A stretch of 64,000 nucleotides of DNA from Nitrospirota bacterium (lineage in GTDB: Bacteria > Nitrospirota > UBA9217). Position numbers and translations under genes: made by a program. This document shows, in pieces, positions 1 to 10,623 of this stretch (its first letter is position 1; each line of letters starts with the position of its first letter). The stretch covers positions 224,001 to 288,000 of the forward strand of contig CAVUCU010000004.1 in the NCBI GenBank assembly GCA_963740085.1, given 5' to 3'. The notes under the pieces are model-generated. The model had not been told where the DNA came from. It did not search any database and saw only the letters and a program-made list of their open reading frames with translations.

Positions 1-154
1 GCGGCGTGGTCATTCTTGTTGTCACCCGTGACGGACGGGGAGGATCTGCGTTTCAGAAAATTGAAATGAATTGAGGTGAACGCAGGCGAAAGGCGACGAA
101 AAAGCAGCGCGCTGCTGCCACGTCGCGGATGCTTTTTTCAGCTTGTTCTTGAAA

Positions 155-670
155 ATGGTCTTCTCGTACTATAAAAATCTATCACCTGCCCAAAAGCGCA
201 TATATCAAAAGAGCGATGAGATTCAAGACATTCCGCTGCCCGATGCCAGGGCATTGCACCCGCTTATCTCGCGCCTGGCTTCGGCATTGGAGCATGAAGA
301 CAAAGACCAGAGTGAGGAGATCTGCAGGGCGCTGGCAAAGGGTATGACAAACAGTCTCGGCGTTCCTCCGCTTCGTCTTAAGGTACTCGCTGTGCGGCCG
401 TCCGCCGGATGGGGTGAACTGCATGGATTATATGAACTGGCAGAGGGCAGGGCTTCAGCAGTGATTTCCCTCTGGGTGCGTACGGCCAAGCACCGGCGGG
501 TCGTTGCATTCCGCTCGTTCCTGCGCACGTTCCTTCACGAGCTTTGCCATCATTTGGATTATCATTTATACAACCTGCCCGACTCATATCATACCGAGGG
601 GTTCTACAAACGGGAATCGAGCCTTTTCCATCAATTGATGCCGGAACCGTGTAGAAAATCGTTTGGGTGA
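155..670 (+). CDS. Hypothetical protein with HExxH zinc-metallopeptidase-like motif
   Basis: ORF 143..670, first ATG at 155; TFLHELCHHLD motif followed by YHTEGF. Confidence 0.6.
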   Translation: MVFSYYKNLSPAQKRIYQKSDEIQDIPLPDARALHPLISRLASALEHEDKDQSEEICRALAKGMTNSLGVPPLRLKVLAVRPSAGWGELHGLYELAEGRASAVISLWVRTAKHRRVVAFRSFLRTFLHELCHHLDYHLYNLPDSYHTEGFYKRESSLFHQLMPEPCRKSFG

Positions 671-848
671 CGAACCCTACCGGCTCATCGTCTCCGAGGC
701 AAAAAAGCATAAGGTCAGCATGATCATCCCGGGCAGCCGCCACGGCCGAACAGGCCTTACGCGGCTCATGATGGGCAGCACAACGTCAAGGGTCATCGGT
801 CACGCGCTGTGCAGGGTGATGGTCGTGCCCGTAAAGTGGAGGCATTAG
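663..848 (+). pseudogene. C-terminal fragment of a universal stress protein (UspA family)
   Basis: IVSEAKK..VSMII..GSRHGRTGLTRLMMGSTTSRVIGHALCRVMVVP is the USP C-terminal signature; N-terminal half absent. Confidence 0.65.
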
Positions 849-1131
849 ATTGACCAACAAGCGACGATATGATTAACTCAAAAAGCATATCGATTGACCG
901 CGAGAGGGTAAAGAGACAGAACGGTGAACATCGACTGTGCTATCTCAAAAATGAGGTTCTGCGGAAGCGAATCTGGTCCACGGTTTTTCTTTGCGAAAGC
1001 CGGGCCTCCAGGAGAGAAAACAAGAGGCACCGGAACCCATGCCCGATGCCTCGTTATCTGATCGACCTGCTCAAAACGCCACACTGAACCCGGGACGCAC
1101 CCCAAGATATCCTTCCTGAAAACATAAACTG

Positions 1132-1665
1132 CTATGCAGCGTGCTCGATCTTTTCTTTTCCTTCGACGTACACCTTCTTGCCTTTTTCCACGGCCGCCGT
1201 TATCGCGCCTTTGCCTGCCCCGTAGAGGTCCTTACCCTTGTCAATGGCGGAAGCAACGTGCTCCCCCGTGTTCGAGGCGACCCGTTTCAGGTCTTTCCTG
1301 ATCTCGCTTCCCGATTTCGGCGCCAGCAGCAACGCGATGCCCGCCCCGATGATGCCGCTTGCCAGGATCGGCACGATGAGCGGGCGCTTCTCGCTGATTA
1401 TGAGCTCCAAGGGCTTTTCCTCCACGTACGCCTTCTTACCGGCTTCCGTGGCCTTGCTTACAAACTCTCTGCTTTCATCATAGAGGTCTTTGCCGATATC
1501 AATGGCCTGTGAGAAGCGGTTGGCGACCCGTTTCAGGTCTTTCCTTGTTTCTGCTCCAGATTTCGGTGCAAGCAAGAGTGCCACCCCCGCACCTACGGCA
1601 CTGCCTGCCAGAACTGTCATTAAGATTGATCCTTTTCCATTGGTGAGTTCATCTTTCATGATCAT
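1132..1665 (-). CDS. YtxH-domain protein with two tandem YtxH repeats
   Basis: GAGVALLLAPKSGAETRKDLK and GAGIALLLAPKSGSEIRKDLK; GGAG RBS upstream on the minus strand. Confidence 0.8.
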   Translation of the reverse strand: MIMKDELTNGKGSILMTVLAGSAVGAGVALLLAPKSGAETRKDLKRVANRFSQAIDIGKDLYDESREFVSKATEAGKKAYVEEKPLELIISEKRPLIVPILASGIIGAGIALLLAPKSGSEIRKDLKRVASNTGEHVASAIDKGKDLYGAGKGAITAAVEKGKKVYVEGKEKIEHAA

Positions 1666-2116
1666 TGCTCCTTTCTTTAGTCATTTTCTCAAAAGGCGTG
1701 AAAACTTCTTATTCAAAGTATAGCACTCTTTTCGGCAGATAAAAAAGATATGGACGAAAATCTGCTAAAATAGTGCAAAGAGAGAGGACGGTTTTTGACC
1801 GTCCTTTTTATTGATCGCCGGAGAGCCGCTATGATATAATAGATTCATCTGGTAAGAAACTCTTCCCGAGATCCGCATCTGTTTATTTACTGAAAATAAA
1901 TACGGAGTGTGATCTTCACTGCGTGAAAGGAAGTGACGAGATGGTATCTTTTCACATCCTTTGAGGCACCGGGCGATACGGTATCGGCTTCTTGAAAAGC
2001 GGTCTTTTAAGGATGGGATACAAGATGGTCGAAGGTCCCTTCTCAAGAACCCGGGATACGCGAATTGTTCAGGTGTTCCGTGGACGGATGAAAACGAATA
2101 AAAAGGAGGCACCAAA

Positions 2117-3071
2117 ATGAAAAGGTTCCTTTTGGGGATGATTCTTCCCGGTGTTGGCAGTTGTCGTTCCTCTTCCGGCAATCGCAGAGGTAAATATAAG
2201 TATTGGAATTCCTTTGCCGCCACCCATCGTATTTGCGGCACCGCCGGAAGTGATCGTGATGCCTGATACGGACTATGTATACGTTGTTCCTGACGTGGAT
2301 GCAGACATGTTTTTCTGGGGTGGCTGGTGGTGGCGTCCCTGGGAAGGTCGCTGGTACCGCTCACATTATTATAACCGGGGTTGGGTTTATTATAACAATG
2401 TGCCAAGTTTTTATTTTGATGTCGACCCGGGTTGGAGAGGATACTACAGAGAGCATAATTGGTACGGACACCGGTGGAACTATGAACGTATTCCCACCAG
2501 ACGACTTCAGCAGAACTGGAAGGGCTGGCGTGATGACCGGTATTGGGACAGGCAGAGAACCTGGGGTGTCCAGGGCTATCAACCTCGACCGCAACAACAG
2601 ATGCGGGAACTAAGACATCAAAGGCAAGAGCAATATCAACGACGGCCAGAGGTCCAGCGACATCGGCAACAGATTCAACAGCAACAAAGACAACCTGAGG
2701 TTCAGAAACCACGAGGTCAGCAACAAAGACAACCTGAGGTTCAGAAACCACGAGGTCAGCAACAAAGACAACCTGAGGTTCAGAAACCACACGGTCAACA
2801 AGAAAGACGACCTCAGGTACAGCATCAACAACAGCAACATCCTCAAACACAGGTTCAGCCGACAGAGAAAGGGCAGACGGTCAGACCGCAAGGCGGTCCC
2901 TTGGGCCGGGGTGAGAAGCGGCAGGTTCAGCCCGCAGAGAAAGGAAGGCCCAAAGGCGGTCCTGCTCAAAAGGGAGAGAGAAAACAAGGCAAGCCCGAGA
3001 AAAAAATAAAGTCCGCAGGATCTGAAGAACGACGCGAATCAAGAGACGAGAAGCGGCCTGCGGAGCGGTAA
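2117..3071 (+). CDS. Secreted protein with W/Y-rich domain and Q/R/P-rich low-complexity tail (indel near 2145-2150 in the signal peptide)
   Basis: AGGAGG RBS then ATG 2117 (MKRFLLGMIL) out of frame by one base with ORF 2151..3071 (VLAVVVPLPAIAEVNISIGIPLPPP...). Confidence 0.7.
2679..2795 (+). repeat. 3 x 39-bp coding tandem repeat (QQQRQPEVQKPRG)
   Basis: cagcaacaaagacaacctgaggttcagaaaccacgaggt at 2679, 2718 and (slightly varied) 2757, plus a degenerate fourth unit. Confidence 0.95.
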
Positions 3072-3172
3072 GAAAGGTCGGGAAAAACAGGAGAGAGAAG
3101 AACGATATATGCAGGAAGAACGTTTTGGACCTATTGGATTCTACGCCGTAAAGCTGCCGCAGAAGGCGCACC

Positions 3173-4465
3173 ATGAAGAAGTCTAGTCTGCGTGTACTGG
3201 CGATCGAAGACAGCATCGACGACGCTGATCTTGTGAGGATCATGCTGAACAGGGTGCAGGATCCCGTCTTCACCGTTGTCAATGCCCAACGGCTGGACGA
3301 AGGGATTACGTACCTGCGAGAGCAGACCTTCGACGTTGTCCTGCTGGATCTCGGGCTTCCGGATAGCGCAGGGATTGACGCCGTCAGGGAGATCAGAAAC
3401 GTATGTCCTGAGGTCCCGCTCATCGTTCTCTCCGGCCTGGATGATGATGAGTTTGCCCTAAAAGCGCTCCAGATGGATGTCCAGGATTACTTGACCAAGG
3501 GACAGATCGACGGCAATCTTTTGGTACGCTCCATTCGTTACGCCCGGGAGCGGAAAAGGGCAGTTACGGAGCTGCAAGCCAGCGAATCGCGCTTTCGCAG
3601 CTTAAGCGAGAGTGGCGTTATCGGAATCGCGTATTTCGATATCGACGGGCGGATCAGCGATGCGAATGACACCTTCCTCTCAATGATCAGATACAGCCGG
3701 GAGGAGCTCGAAAAGGGTCTTGTGCGCTGGGACAGTCTCCTGCCCCCGGAGTGGTTGCCGCATATGCTCAAGGTTGCCCAGGCGTTCACGACAACGGGAC
3801 GCATCGCGCCTTATGAAACGGAATACCTTGGCCGGGACGGTTCGAGGTTTTGGGGACTTTTCGGCGCGGCAAGAATTGCGGGGACTGCGGACGGAATCGC
3901 CTTCATGGTTGATATTACCGAGCGAAAAAAGTTGGAAGAGGATATCCGGCACATGGCCAATCATGACGCCATGACGGGCCTGCCGAACAGGCGGCTTTTC
4001 ATGGAGATCATCCGCTATGGGGTTGAGGAGGCGCGCAGAAATCGGAAAAAAATGGGTCTCCTGTTTCTGGACCTTGACCGCTTCAAGGGGGTCAATGACA
4101 CTTTCGGTCACGAGGCCGGTGACGATCTGCTCAAAACGGTTGCTGAACGGCTCAGGTTCGCGGTCAGAAGGGTAGACGCTGTTGCACGGATAGGAGGAGA
4201 CGAGTTCAGTATCCTTCTCACCGACATCCTCTGTCCGGAAGACGCAATTGAAATTGTACGGAAGATCCTGGTGGCCTTGCGGGATAAATGCGTCATCGGT
4301 GGGCGGGAATTCCATATCACGACGAGCATAGGCATCAGCATCTATCCCGACGACAGCGACGATATCGATACTCTCTTCCGTTATGCGGACATCGCCCTGT
4401 ACCGCGCAAAAGACCAGGGCCGGAATACATTCGCGTTCTACGACCCGGACATAACGGCGCGCTGA
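3173..4465 (+). CDS. REC-PAS-GGDEF diguanylate cyclase
   Basis: Receiver domain (VLLDLGLPD), PAS, then HDAMTGLPNRR, DLDRFKGVNDTFGH and intact GGDEF. Confidence 0.92.
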   Translation: MKKSSLRVLAIEDSIDDADLVRIMLNRVQDPVFTVVNAQRLDEGITYLREQTFDVVLLDLGLPDSAGIDAVREIRNVCPEVPLIVLSGLDDDEFALKALQMDVQDYLTKGQIDGNLLVRSIRYARERKRAVTELQASESRFRSLSESGVIGIAYFDIDGRISDANDTFLSMIRYSREELEKGLVRWDSLLPPEWLPHMLKVAQAFTTTGRIAPYETEYLGRDGSRFWGLFGAARIAGTADGIAFMVDITERKKLEEDIRHMANHDAMTGLPNRRLFMEIIRYGVEEARRNRKKMGLLFLDLDRFKGVNDTFGHEAGDDLLKTVAERLRFAVRRVDAVARIGGDEFSILLTDILCPEDAIEIVRKILVALRDKCVIGGREFHITTSIGISIYPDDSDDIDTLFRYADIALYRAKDQGRNTFAFYDPDITAR

Positions 4466-4777
4466 TCATTGGGAATCCGGGGGAGACGTTGAATCGATTT
4501 CCCGCAAGTTTCGCAGGAACCAATTTATTACAGCTACTTATAGGCGTCAGATTGAGAAGCTTTACCGTCTGCACGTTGGGTCGATCCCGCATTTTATATG
4601 AAATTTATATTAAATGTAACTTGACGAATAGTGTCCTGCGGAGATACTATTACAGCATATCGATTCATACGTTATGCCCATATCCATGGGGGCAACCGGT
4701 AACCAAACGGCTGGTTCAGAGGCTGATAAAAAAAGAGAAACTCGTAGGAGAAACGCTTTGAAAACTGGGAGGACACT

Positions 4778-6514
4778 ATGGATAAGATTCTGAGAATAGA
4801 TGTTGGAGCCAATGGTGGCCCCAAGGCGACAGCGGTACCGGTTGGTGAATACGCGGGGCTTGGCGGCAGGGCATTGACATCGGCGATCGTTTCAAAAGAG
4901 GTTCCGCCGCTCTGCCATCCCCTGGGCGGCGAGAACAAGCTGGTCATCGCACCCGGCCTCCTGAGCGGGTCCGCGGGCGCCCAGTCGGGCCGGATCTCGG
5001 TCGGCTGCAAGAGCCCCCTGACCGGCGGCATCAAGGAGTCGAACTCCGGAGGACAGGCGTCGCAGGTACTGGCCAAGCTCGGGTATAATGCCATTGTGCT
5101 CGAAGGGAAGCCTTCGAGCGACGACCTCTACAAGGTCTTCATCAATAAGGACGGGGTCAAGATCATCAAGGATAACAGCCTCAAGATGCTCCCCAATTAC
5201 GACCTGATCGCCAAGATGAAAGCTGAATACGGCGACAAGGCGGCATGTATTTCGATCGGTCCTGCCGGGGAGATGAAGATGGCTGCTGCCACGGTTGCCT
5301 TTACCGATATAGAGCAGCGGCCGACCCGCCATGCCGGTCGCGGCGGAGTGGGAGCGGTCATGGGCGCCAAGAACATCAAGGTCATTGTCCTCGATTCAAC
5401 CGGCATGCCGGTACGGGCGCCCAAGGACCCGGAGAAATTCAAAGATGCGAACAAGCGGTTCGTCGATGGACTGAAGAAGCACCCGGTCACCGGCCAGGGC
5501 CTTCCGGCATTCGGCACCAACGTGCTGACGAACATCCTGAACGAGGTGGGCGGATACCCCACCTATAACTTCAAGCAGGGCCGGTTCGACGGCGCCTCGA
5601 AGATCAGCGGTGAGACTCAGGCGGAAACCGAAACAAAGCGAGGGGGACTCGCGACCCACGGCTGCCACACTGGTTGCGTCATCCAGTGCTCGGGTACGTA
5701 CAACGACAAGGACGGCCATTATCTCACCAAACAGCCGGAGTACGAGACCATCTGGGCCCACGGCGGGAACTGCGGCATCAGTGACCTGGACAAGATCGCC
5801 ATGCTCGACTTCCTCGATGACAACTACGGCGTAGACACGATCGAGATGGGCGCGACGATCGCCGTCGCGATGGATGCCGGTCTCGCCAAGTTCGGCGACG
5901 CGGATGCGGCCATCAATCTCGTGAAGGAGGTCGGCAAGGGCACGCCCCTCGGCAGGATCCTCGGCAACGGTGCCGGCATGACCGGCAAGGCCTTCGGCGT
6001 CGAACGGGTGCCGGTGGTCAAGAACCAGGCGATGCCGGCCTACGATCCCCGTGCGGTACAGGGCATCGGCGTCACCTATGCGACCAGCCCGATGGGCGCG
6101 GACCATACAGCGGGATACGCGGTGGCCCAGAACGTCCTGAAGGTGGGCGGCGATGTGAACGCGCTTAAGCCCGAAGGGCAGGTGGACCTTTCGCGAAACC
6201 TCCAGATCGCGACAGCGGCGATCGACTCCACGGGAATGTGCCTCTTTATCGCCTTTGCGATCCTCGACCAACCCGAGACCTTCCAGGCGATGCTTGACAT
6301 GCTGAGCGCCTTCTACGGAATTAATATGACAGCCGACGGCGTTACCGAGCTGGGGAAGAAGGTCTTGAAGATGGAAAGGGACTTCAATGCCCGGGCAGGT
6401 TTCACCGCTCAGGATGACCGGCTGCCCAGCTACTTCAAGACGGAAAAGCTTGCGCCGCACAACGTTACCTTCGGGGTGAAGGACGAGGATCTGGACAAGG
6501 TCTTTAACTGGTAG
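4778..6514 (+). CDS. aor: Aldehyde:ferredoxin oxidoreductase (W/Mo-bis-MPT, AOR family)
   Basis: KSPLTGGIKESNSGG, AGRGGVGAVMGAKN, CHTGCVIQC cluster motif, GVDTIEMG, DDRLP. Confidence 0.92.
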   Translation: MDKILRIDVGANGGPKATAVPVGEYAGLGGRALTSAIVSKEVPPLCHPLGGENKLVIAPGLLSGSAGAQSGRISVGCKSPLTGGIKESNSGGQASQVLAKLGYNAIVLEGKPSSDDLYKVFINKDGVKIIKDNSLKMLPNYDLIAKMKAEYGDKAACISIGPAGEMKMAAATVAFTDIEQRPTRHAGRGGVGAVMGAKNIKVIVLDSTGMPVRAPKDPEKFKDANKRFVDGLKKHPVTGQGLPAFGTNVLTNILNEVGGYPTYNFKQGRFDGASKISGETQAETETKRGGLATHGCHTGCVIQCSGTYNDKDGHYLTKQPEYETIWAHGGNCGISDLDKIAMLDFLDDNYGVDTIEMGATIAVAMDAGLAKFGDADAAINLVKEVGKGTPLGRILGNGAGMTGKAFGVERVPVVKNQAMPAYDPRAVQGIGVTYATSPMGADHTAGYAVAQNVLKVGGDVNALKPEGQVDLSRNLQIATAAIDSTGMCLFIAFAILDQPETFQAMLDMLSAFYGINMTADGVTELGKKVLKMERDFNARAGFTAQDDRLPSYFKTEKLAPHNVTFGVKDEDLDKVFNW

Positions 6515-6536
6515 CGGAAATTTCAGGATTCAATCC

Positions 6537-6564
6537 AAGGAGAGACGCGGGTCTCTCCTTTTTT
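6537..6564 (+). terminator. Intrinsic terminator after aor
   Basis: aaggagagac-gcgg-gtctctcctt followed by tttt. Confidence 0.85.
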
Positions 6565-6647
6565 ATTGCTGTTCCGGGCAGCGGGGGAGGGGCTCGTCAT
6601 GCGCGCCCTGTGTCCAAACCATACTTTGAGATGTGCAGTGAGGTGAT

Positions 6648-7286
6648 ATGAACGTGACCGGCAGGCATTCGGATGAATCCGAACCGTATCCTCATCTTGC
6701 ATTCGTCGTGACTGAACCTCTGGTCTCGAACTTTTTTCTGCTGCTCCAGCAGGGAGTAATGATCTGGTCCCGCACCGGCTGCAGCGTTGAGGCGTTCCTG
6801 CGGGATGAGCTCAAGGCCTCCCCGGAGATGATCGGGAAGATCCAGTCCATCGTGCTTGATGGAAAGCCGGTAGACGACATCCGCGCGGCCGTGCTTCACG
6901 ACGGTTCGACGCTGGCGCTCTCGGCTGCCATGCCCGGATTGGTAGGCGCCACCCTCAGGCGGGGAGGGGCGTATTCCTCGCTACGCAGCGCGATCACCTA
7001 CCACGAAACAGGGAACGCATGCACGCCCGGCGAGGGATGGATGAACATAAAGCTCTTTAATCTCCTGATGGCGGAGCTGGGGCCGAATCTCCTGCGAAAG
7101 GGTGTTCTCCTCGTGACAACGGATCTGCTTGATCTTCTGACTGAGCGAGGCGGGGCGTTACGGCAGGGAGGCAGCATCACCCTGAACAACAAACCTGTCG
7201 ATATCATGATGCTGAGGGGTAACGCAGAGTTGGGAAGTGCAGGCAAGGTATTTCTTTCCGTCTCGTCCGGGTCGACAGCAGTGTGA
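6648..7286 (+). CDS. Hypothetical protein with ubiquitin/ThiS-like segment, downstream of aor
   Basis: GAGG RBS; IQSIVLDGKPVDD...LHDGSTLALSAAMPGLVGATLRRGG. Confidence 0.6.
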   Translation: MNVTGRHSDESEPYPHLAFVVTEPLVSNFFLLLQQGVMIWSRTGCSVEAFLRDELKASPEMIGKIQSIVLDGKPVDDIRAAVLHDGSTLALSAAMPGLVGATLRRGGAYSSLRSAITYHETGNACTPGEGWMNIKLFNLLMAELGPNLLRKGVLLVTTDLLDLLTERGGALRQGGSITLNNKPVDIMMLRGNAELGSAGKVFLSVSSGSTAV

Positions 7287-7295
7287 CTGCCGAGG

Positions 7296-7520
7296 CTAAC
7301 CTCCGGCGATGGGCGGGAAGAGGGCGATTTCGTCTTTGTCTTTCAGGATATGATCCGCGGGACGATGCTCCCCGTTGACGATCCTGAGAAGCCGGATCGT
7401 TCCAGGGAGGTGAAGGGAACGCACTACGTCATCGACGGTCGTGCCTTCGGGAAACGCGGCAACCTGTTCATCGGGGCCAAATTGGCGCAAGGATGCAAAA
7501 AGCCTGATCGTAACGTTCAT
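7296..7520 (-). CDS. MoaD/ThiS-family sulfur carrier protein
   Basis: 74 aa; IRLFASLR N-terminus; IALFPPIAGG C-terminal di-Gly. Confidence 0.9.
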   Translation of the reverse strand: MNVTIRLFASLRQFGPDEQVAAFPEGTTVDDVVRSLHLPGTIRLLRIVNGEHRPADHILKDKDEIALFPPIAGG

Positions 7521-7649
7521 CGTAATAACAGTATACCAGACATCCCGGGGCTGCTGGATCGAATTTGAAGCGTATTGTCAAAACGTACACGACGATCGCA
7601 TGATACAATAAAGGAAAAGGTTGGGAAGCATCCGGAAGGAGGGGATCAT

Positions 7650-8159
7650 ATGACGGACACAGCGGACCGAAACGCCGTAAGGGGGGGCAGCGCCGGCTGT
7701 CTTGACATCTCACTTCAGGGCAAAGCATCGCTGATACGGGCGAGCGACGGACGGGAGATCCCCTTTGCCAGGGCGATCCTGACAATTCGCAATATCTGCA
7801 AAGCCGAGCTCATCAACGTCGTACCCCACGCCACGCTCGGCCAGGAGGGCGGAACAGTCCAGGATGTCACCAGTTCTTTCTCTCATTCGGCACCCGCTTC
7901 TATTCCCCCGGAAGGGGAGGTCAGCTGGGACGTCTATGACCTTCTGCTTCCTGCGCACCCCGGGACGGCCAGCAAGGTCCACATGTTCGGGTATCGGGCG
8001 GCGCTGAACTGGAGATTCGATCTTTCCGTCTGGGTAGAATACCGCGTATCGGGCTCCTCCGAAGCTGTTCAGACTCCAATCTCACGATGGGCATTGCGGT
8101 GGACGGTCGTAAATCCCGCGACCGGGGCTGTCGATGTTGCCATTGAAAGCGGAAAGTGA
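7650..8159 (+). CDS. Hypothetical protein
   Basis: GGAGG RBS before ATG 7650 within ORF 7575..8159; no family recognised. Confidence 0.55.
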   Translation: MTDTADRNAVRGGSAGCLDISLQGKASLIRASDGREIPFARAILTIRNICKAELINVVPHATLGQEGGTVQDVTSSFSHSAPASIPPEGEVSWDVYDLLLPAHPGTASKVHMFGYRAALNWRFDLSVWVEYRVSGSSEAVQTPISRWALRWTVVNPATGAVDVAIESGK

Positions 8160-8205
8160 GGAACACCCGGTTCACGGTGTAAAAGGGCCGGGTATCCTTC
8201 GAACA

Positions 8206-8802
8206 TCAGTTCCCGCTTTTCTTTACGAGCCTGAAGCCGATATCCGTACCCATTTTCATACCATAGCCGAGAGTGATATTCAGTATGCCCAGCGGCTCGA
8301 GGTAGCGAGCGGACTTCAGCGGCCCCGCGTCCACGGAATCGAATCCTATTCCCTCTGCAAGCTTTCGTACCAAGCCCTTGCTGTTGGCATCGTCACCAGC
8401 AACCAGGGCGGTCAGACGCTCTCCCCGTAACCTGCCCGTGCTCATATTCTGGGCAAATACGGTATTGAACGCTTTGACCACGCTGGCCTTCGGCACCAGC
8501 TTTTGCAGTTCTTCTGCTTCAGACGTCGTGAAGCCGATCGCAAGCTCGAACGACGGGGTCAGAACGTTGCTCACATCCACGACGGGCTTGCCGTCGAGTG
8601 CGCTTCCTATGGTCCTGGCGATCTCCGCGTGGGCTCCCCAGGGCACGGCAAGAATTACCACGTCGGCCCACACTGACACTTCGCGCGGCGATTCCTTGGG
8701 GTCCGTGGACCCGAAACGGATTTCATTCCCGGCACGCCGCAATCCCTCGGCGAGCGCCTTCCCTACATTGCCTTTTCCAATGATCGCGATCTTCGTTGAC
8801 AT
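8206..8802 (-). CDS. NADPH-dependent F420 reductase-like oxidoreductase (F420_oxidored family)
   Basis: IIGKGNVGKALA Rossmann motif, VILAVPW, VVDVSN, VVKAFNT, DAGPL..ARYLEP. Confidence 0.88.
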   Translation of the reverse strand: MSTKIAIIGKGNVGKALAEGLRRAGNEIRFGSTDPKESPREVSVWADVVILAVPWGAHAEIARTIGSALDGKPVVDVSNVLTPSFELAIGFTTSEAEELQKLVPKASVVKAFNTVFAQNMSTGRLRGERLTALVAGDDANSKGLVRKLAEGIGFDSVDAGPLKSARYLEPLGILNITLGYGMKMGTDIGFRLVKKSGN

Positions 8803-8888
8803 GACTTTCCTCCTTACATCGAAATATGAGCCATCCGCTGATCGTCACTCAGAATAGTCCGATTACAGCGTTCATCGGCCATCCCAGG

Positions 8889-9293
8889 CTAGAGTCCTAT
8901 GGTCTTTTGAGCCACATTCCCGGATTGCGAATATGTTGACGTGTTTAAGGAAGAGACGGAAGTTGCCGGCTTATTTGGCGACAAGTGGATATTTTGCAAT
9001 GGCTGTTCGAGGGATCGCTTATTATCAGATACAGGTTCTATTTTTAGAGGATGGATCGCAAGAAACATCTGCCAGAATACAAACAGTGCCCCGGGAAGCG
9101 CAAGAATTGCGGCAAGTCTGCTCCAGAAAATTGCCCTGGAAAATTGAGATGAGATCCTGCTTTCTGCTGATTTTTCTCTTTTGGACAATTCAGATAGTGC
9201 GCGTGAATAAAATTCATGATCTTCCGTGTATTTGGTAAGGCAAGAATTCAATTCAGCGTTAGACTTTTTAGAAAAAACCGGATCGTAGTCCAT
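8889..9293 (-). CDS. Hypothetical protein, one predicted TM segment, AT-richer than neighbours
   Basis: 134-aa ORF with GGAGG RBS; hydrophobic LAAILALPGALFVFWQMFLA. Confidence 0.5.
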   Translation of the reverse strand: MDYDPVFSKKSNAELNSCLTKYTEDHEFYSRALSELSKREKSAESRISSQFSRAIFWSRLAAILALPGALFVFWQMFLAIHPLKIEPVSDNKRSLEQPLQNIHLSPNKPATSVSSLNTSTYSQSGNVAQKTIGL

Positions 9294-9381
9294 GCGCGGT
9301 CCTCCCTCTAAGCCAATTTAAGATAAACGATCTCGAACATAAGATCAGGTCCTGTTGCGTCAGGGCATCGCCGCCCGGTCA

Positions 9382-10365
9382 TTATACATAGTCACCCCGC
9401 TTAACCAGTCCGATGACCGGTTCTCCTCTGAGAAACCTCTTCACGTTTTCGACGGCCCGGCGGGTCCCGTCGTCATTGATGCCGGCTACCATGGCGGAAT
9501 TATGCGGAGAGCCGAGGACATTGGGAAGAGAGAAAAAGGGAAAGTTGGTCCTGAATTCTCCGGATCCGAACGGCTCTATCCACCAGACGTCGAGACCTGC
9601 CTGGAAGCGGGGGTGGCTCCTGAGGTGTTCGTAAAGCGCACCTTCGTCAATGATGCCTCCTCTTGCCACATTGATGAGGATCGCATCCGGCTTCATCCAG
9701 TCCAGTTCCCGTTTTCCGATCAGTCCCCGCGTTGACTTCATGAGCGGAAGAGAGATGGTCACGACATCCGATGACGAGAGGACATGTTTCAGATCATTCA
9801 ATGTGCCGATGAACTCCACGGGTTCGTCGGTCCTTCCGCTGGTGTTCACGGCATAGATTTGAAGACCGAGCCCGCGCATCAGGCGAGCTGTCGCGCGGCC
9901 GATGCCGCCGAACCCAAGGACCCCGCATACAGATCCGGACAGCATTCGGTTCAGCATGGACTGATGGAACTCACCGCGGGCCAGATTTAGGTGTTCCCGC
10001 ACCAGGTTCTTGGACAGGGCAAGCGCCATGGCGAGGACATGCTCGGCCATGGGGTCCGCGTAAGCACCGACGTTGCTCGTGAGGACGATGTCGCTGCGAA
10101 GCTCATGGAAAGGCAGATGGTCGGCGCCCGCGGAAAGAAGCTGGATCATTTTGACCTTGCGGAGCAGACCGGGGCCGGCGGGGAACAGCTCTTTCGGCAG
10201 ATTCCAAGACAGGAGCACATCGGCATCAATGAGTGTCTGCTCCCTGAGCCCTGTGGGCATTTCCGCGAGAAAGGAAAGCCGCGCATCGCTCCCCACGAGT
10301 TCCTTGAGAAGACCGCGCCTCGCTTCGCCTACGCCATACGTCACAATAATGTGGGGTTTCTCCAT
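9382..10365 (-). CDS. D-isomer-specific 2-hydroxyacid dehydrogenase
   Basis: GVLGFGGIG, LINVARGGIIDE, GLDVW..EP, SPHNS. Confidence 0.9.
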   Translation of the reverse strand: MEKPHIIVTYGVGEARRGLLKELVGSDARLSFLAEMPTGLREQTLIDADVLLSWNLPKELFPAGPGLLRKVKMIQLLSAGADHLPFHELRSDIVLTSNVGAYADPMAEHVLAMALALSKNLVREHLNLARGEFHQSMLNRMLSGSVCGVLGFGGIGRATARLMRGLGLQIYAVNTSGRTDEPVEFIGTLNDLKHVLSSSDVVTISLPLMKSTRGLIGKRELDWMKPDAILINVARGGIIDEGALYEHLRSHPRFQAGLDVWWIEPFGSGEFRTNFPFFSLPNVLGSPHNSAMVAGINDDGTRRAVENVKRFLRGEPVIGLVKRGDYV

Positions 10366-10623
10366 CTCAGTTCACTTCACTTTTAACAGGCAGCAATTTC
10401 GCGAAGTCGTCTTCGCATTATTACGAGGACATTCCCATCAGTTGTTCAGTCATTGCAAAAAATGCACGCTCTTGGATACTAGTATAGTATATTTCTTCAT
10501 TGAGGGGGGGATAACGTATGTTTTATGTGCGTGCTGCAACCTTCTTGACAATGGCCATGATGGCGATAAAATTATGACATCCGTGACTTGCGGTTTTAAT
10601 TACAGGAATTAAGAAACCGGGTA

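Noticed and set aside
869-1087. 72-aa ORF
   Set aside because: Short, no RBS or recognisable similarity; cannot be supported.
2679-2795. 39-bp repeats as a CRISPR array
   Set aside because: Head-to-tail with no spacers, in-frame within a CDS, and no cas genes in the window.
1765-2850. 361-aa minus-strand ORF and other long antisense ORFs (e.g. 5396..6460, 11853..12782, 27310..28128)
   Set aside because: Shadows of well-supported plus-strand genes in GC-rich DNA; no RBS or recognisable motifs.
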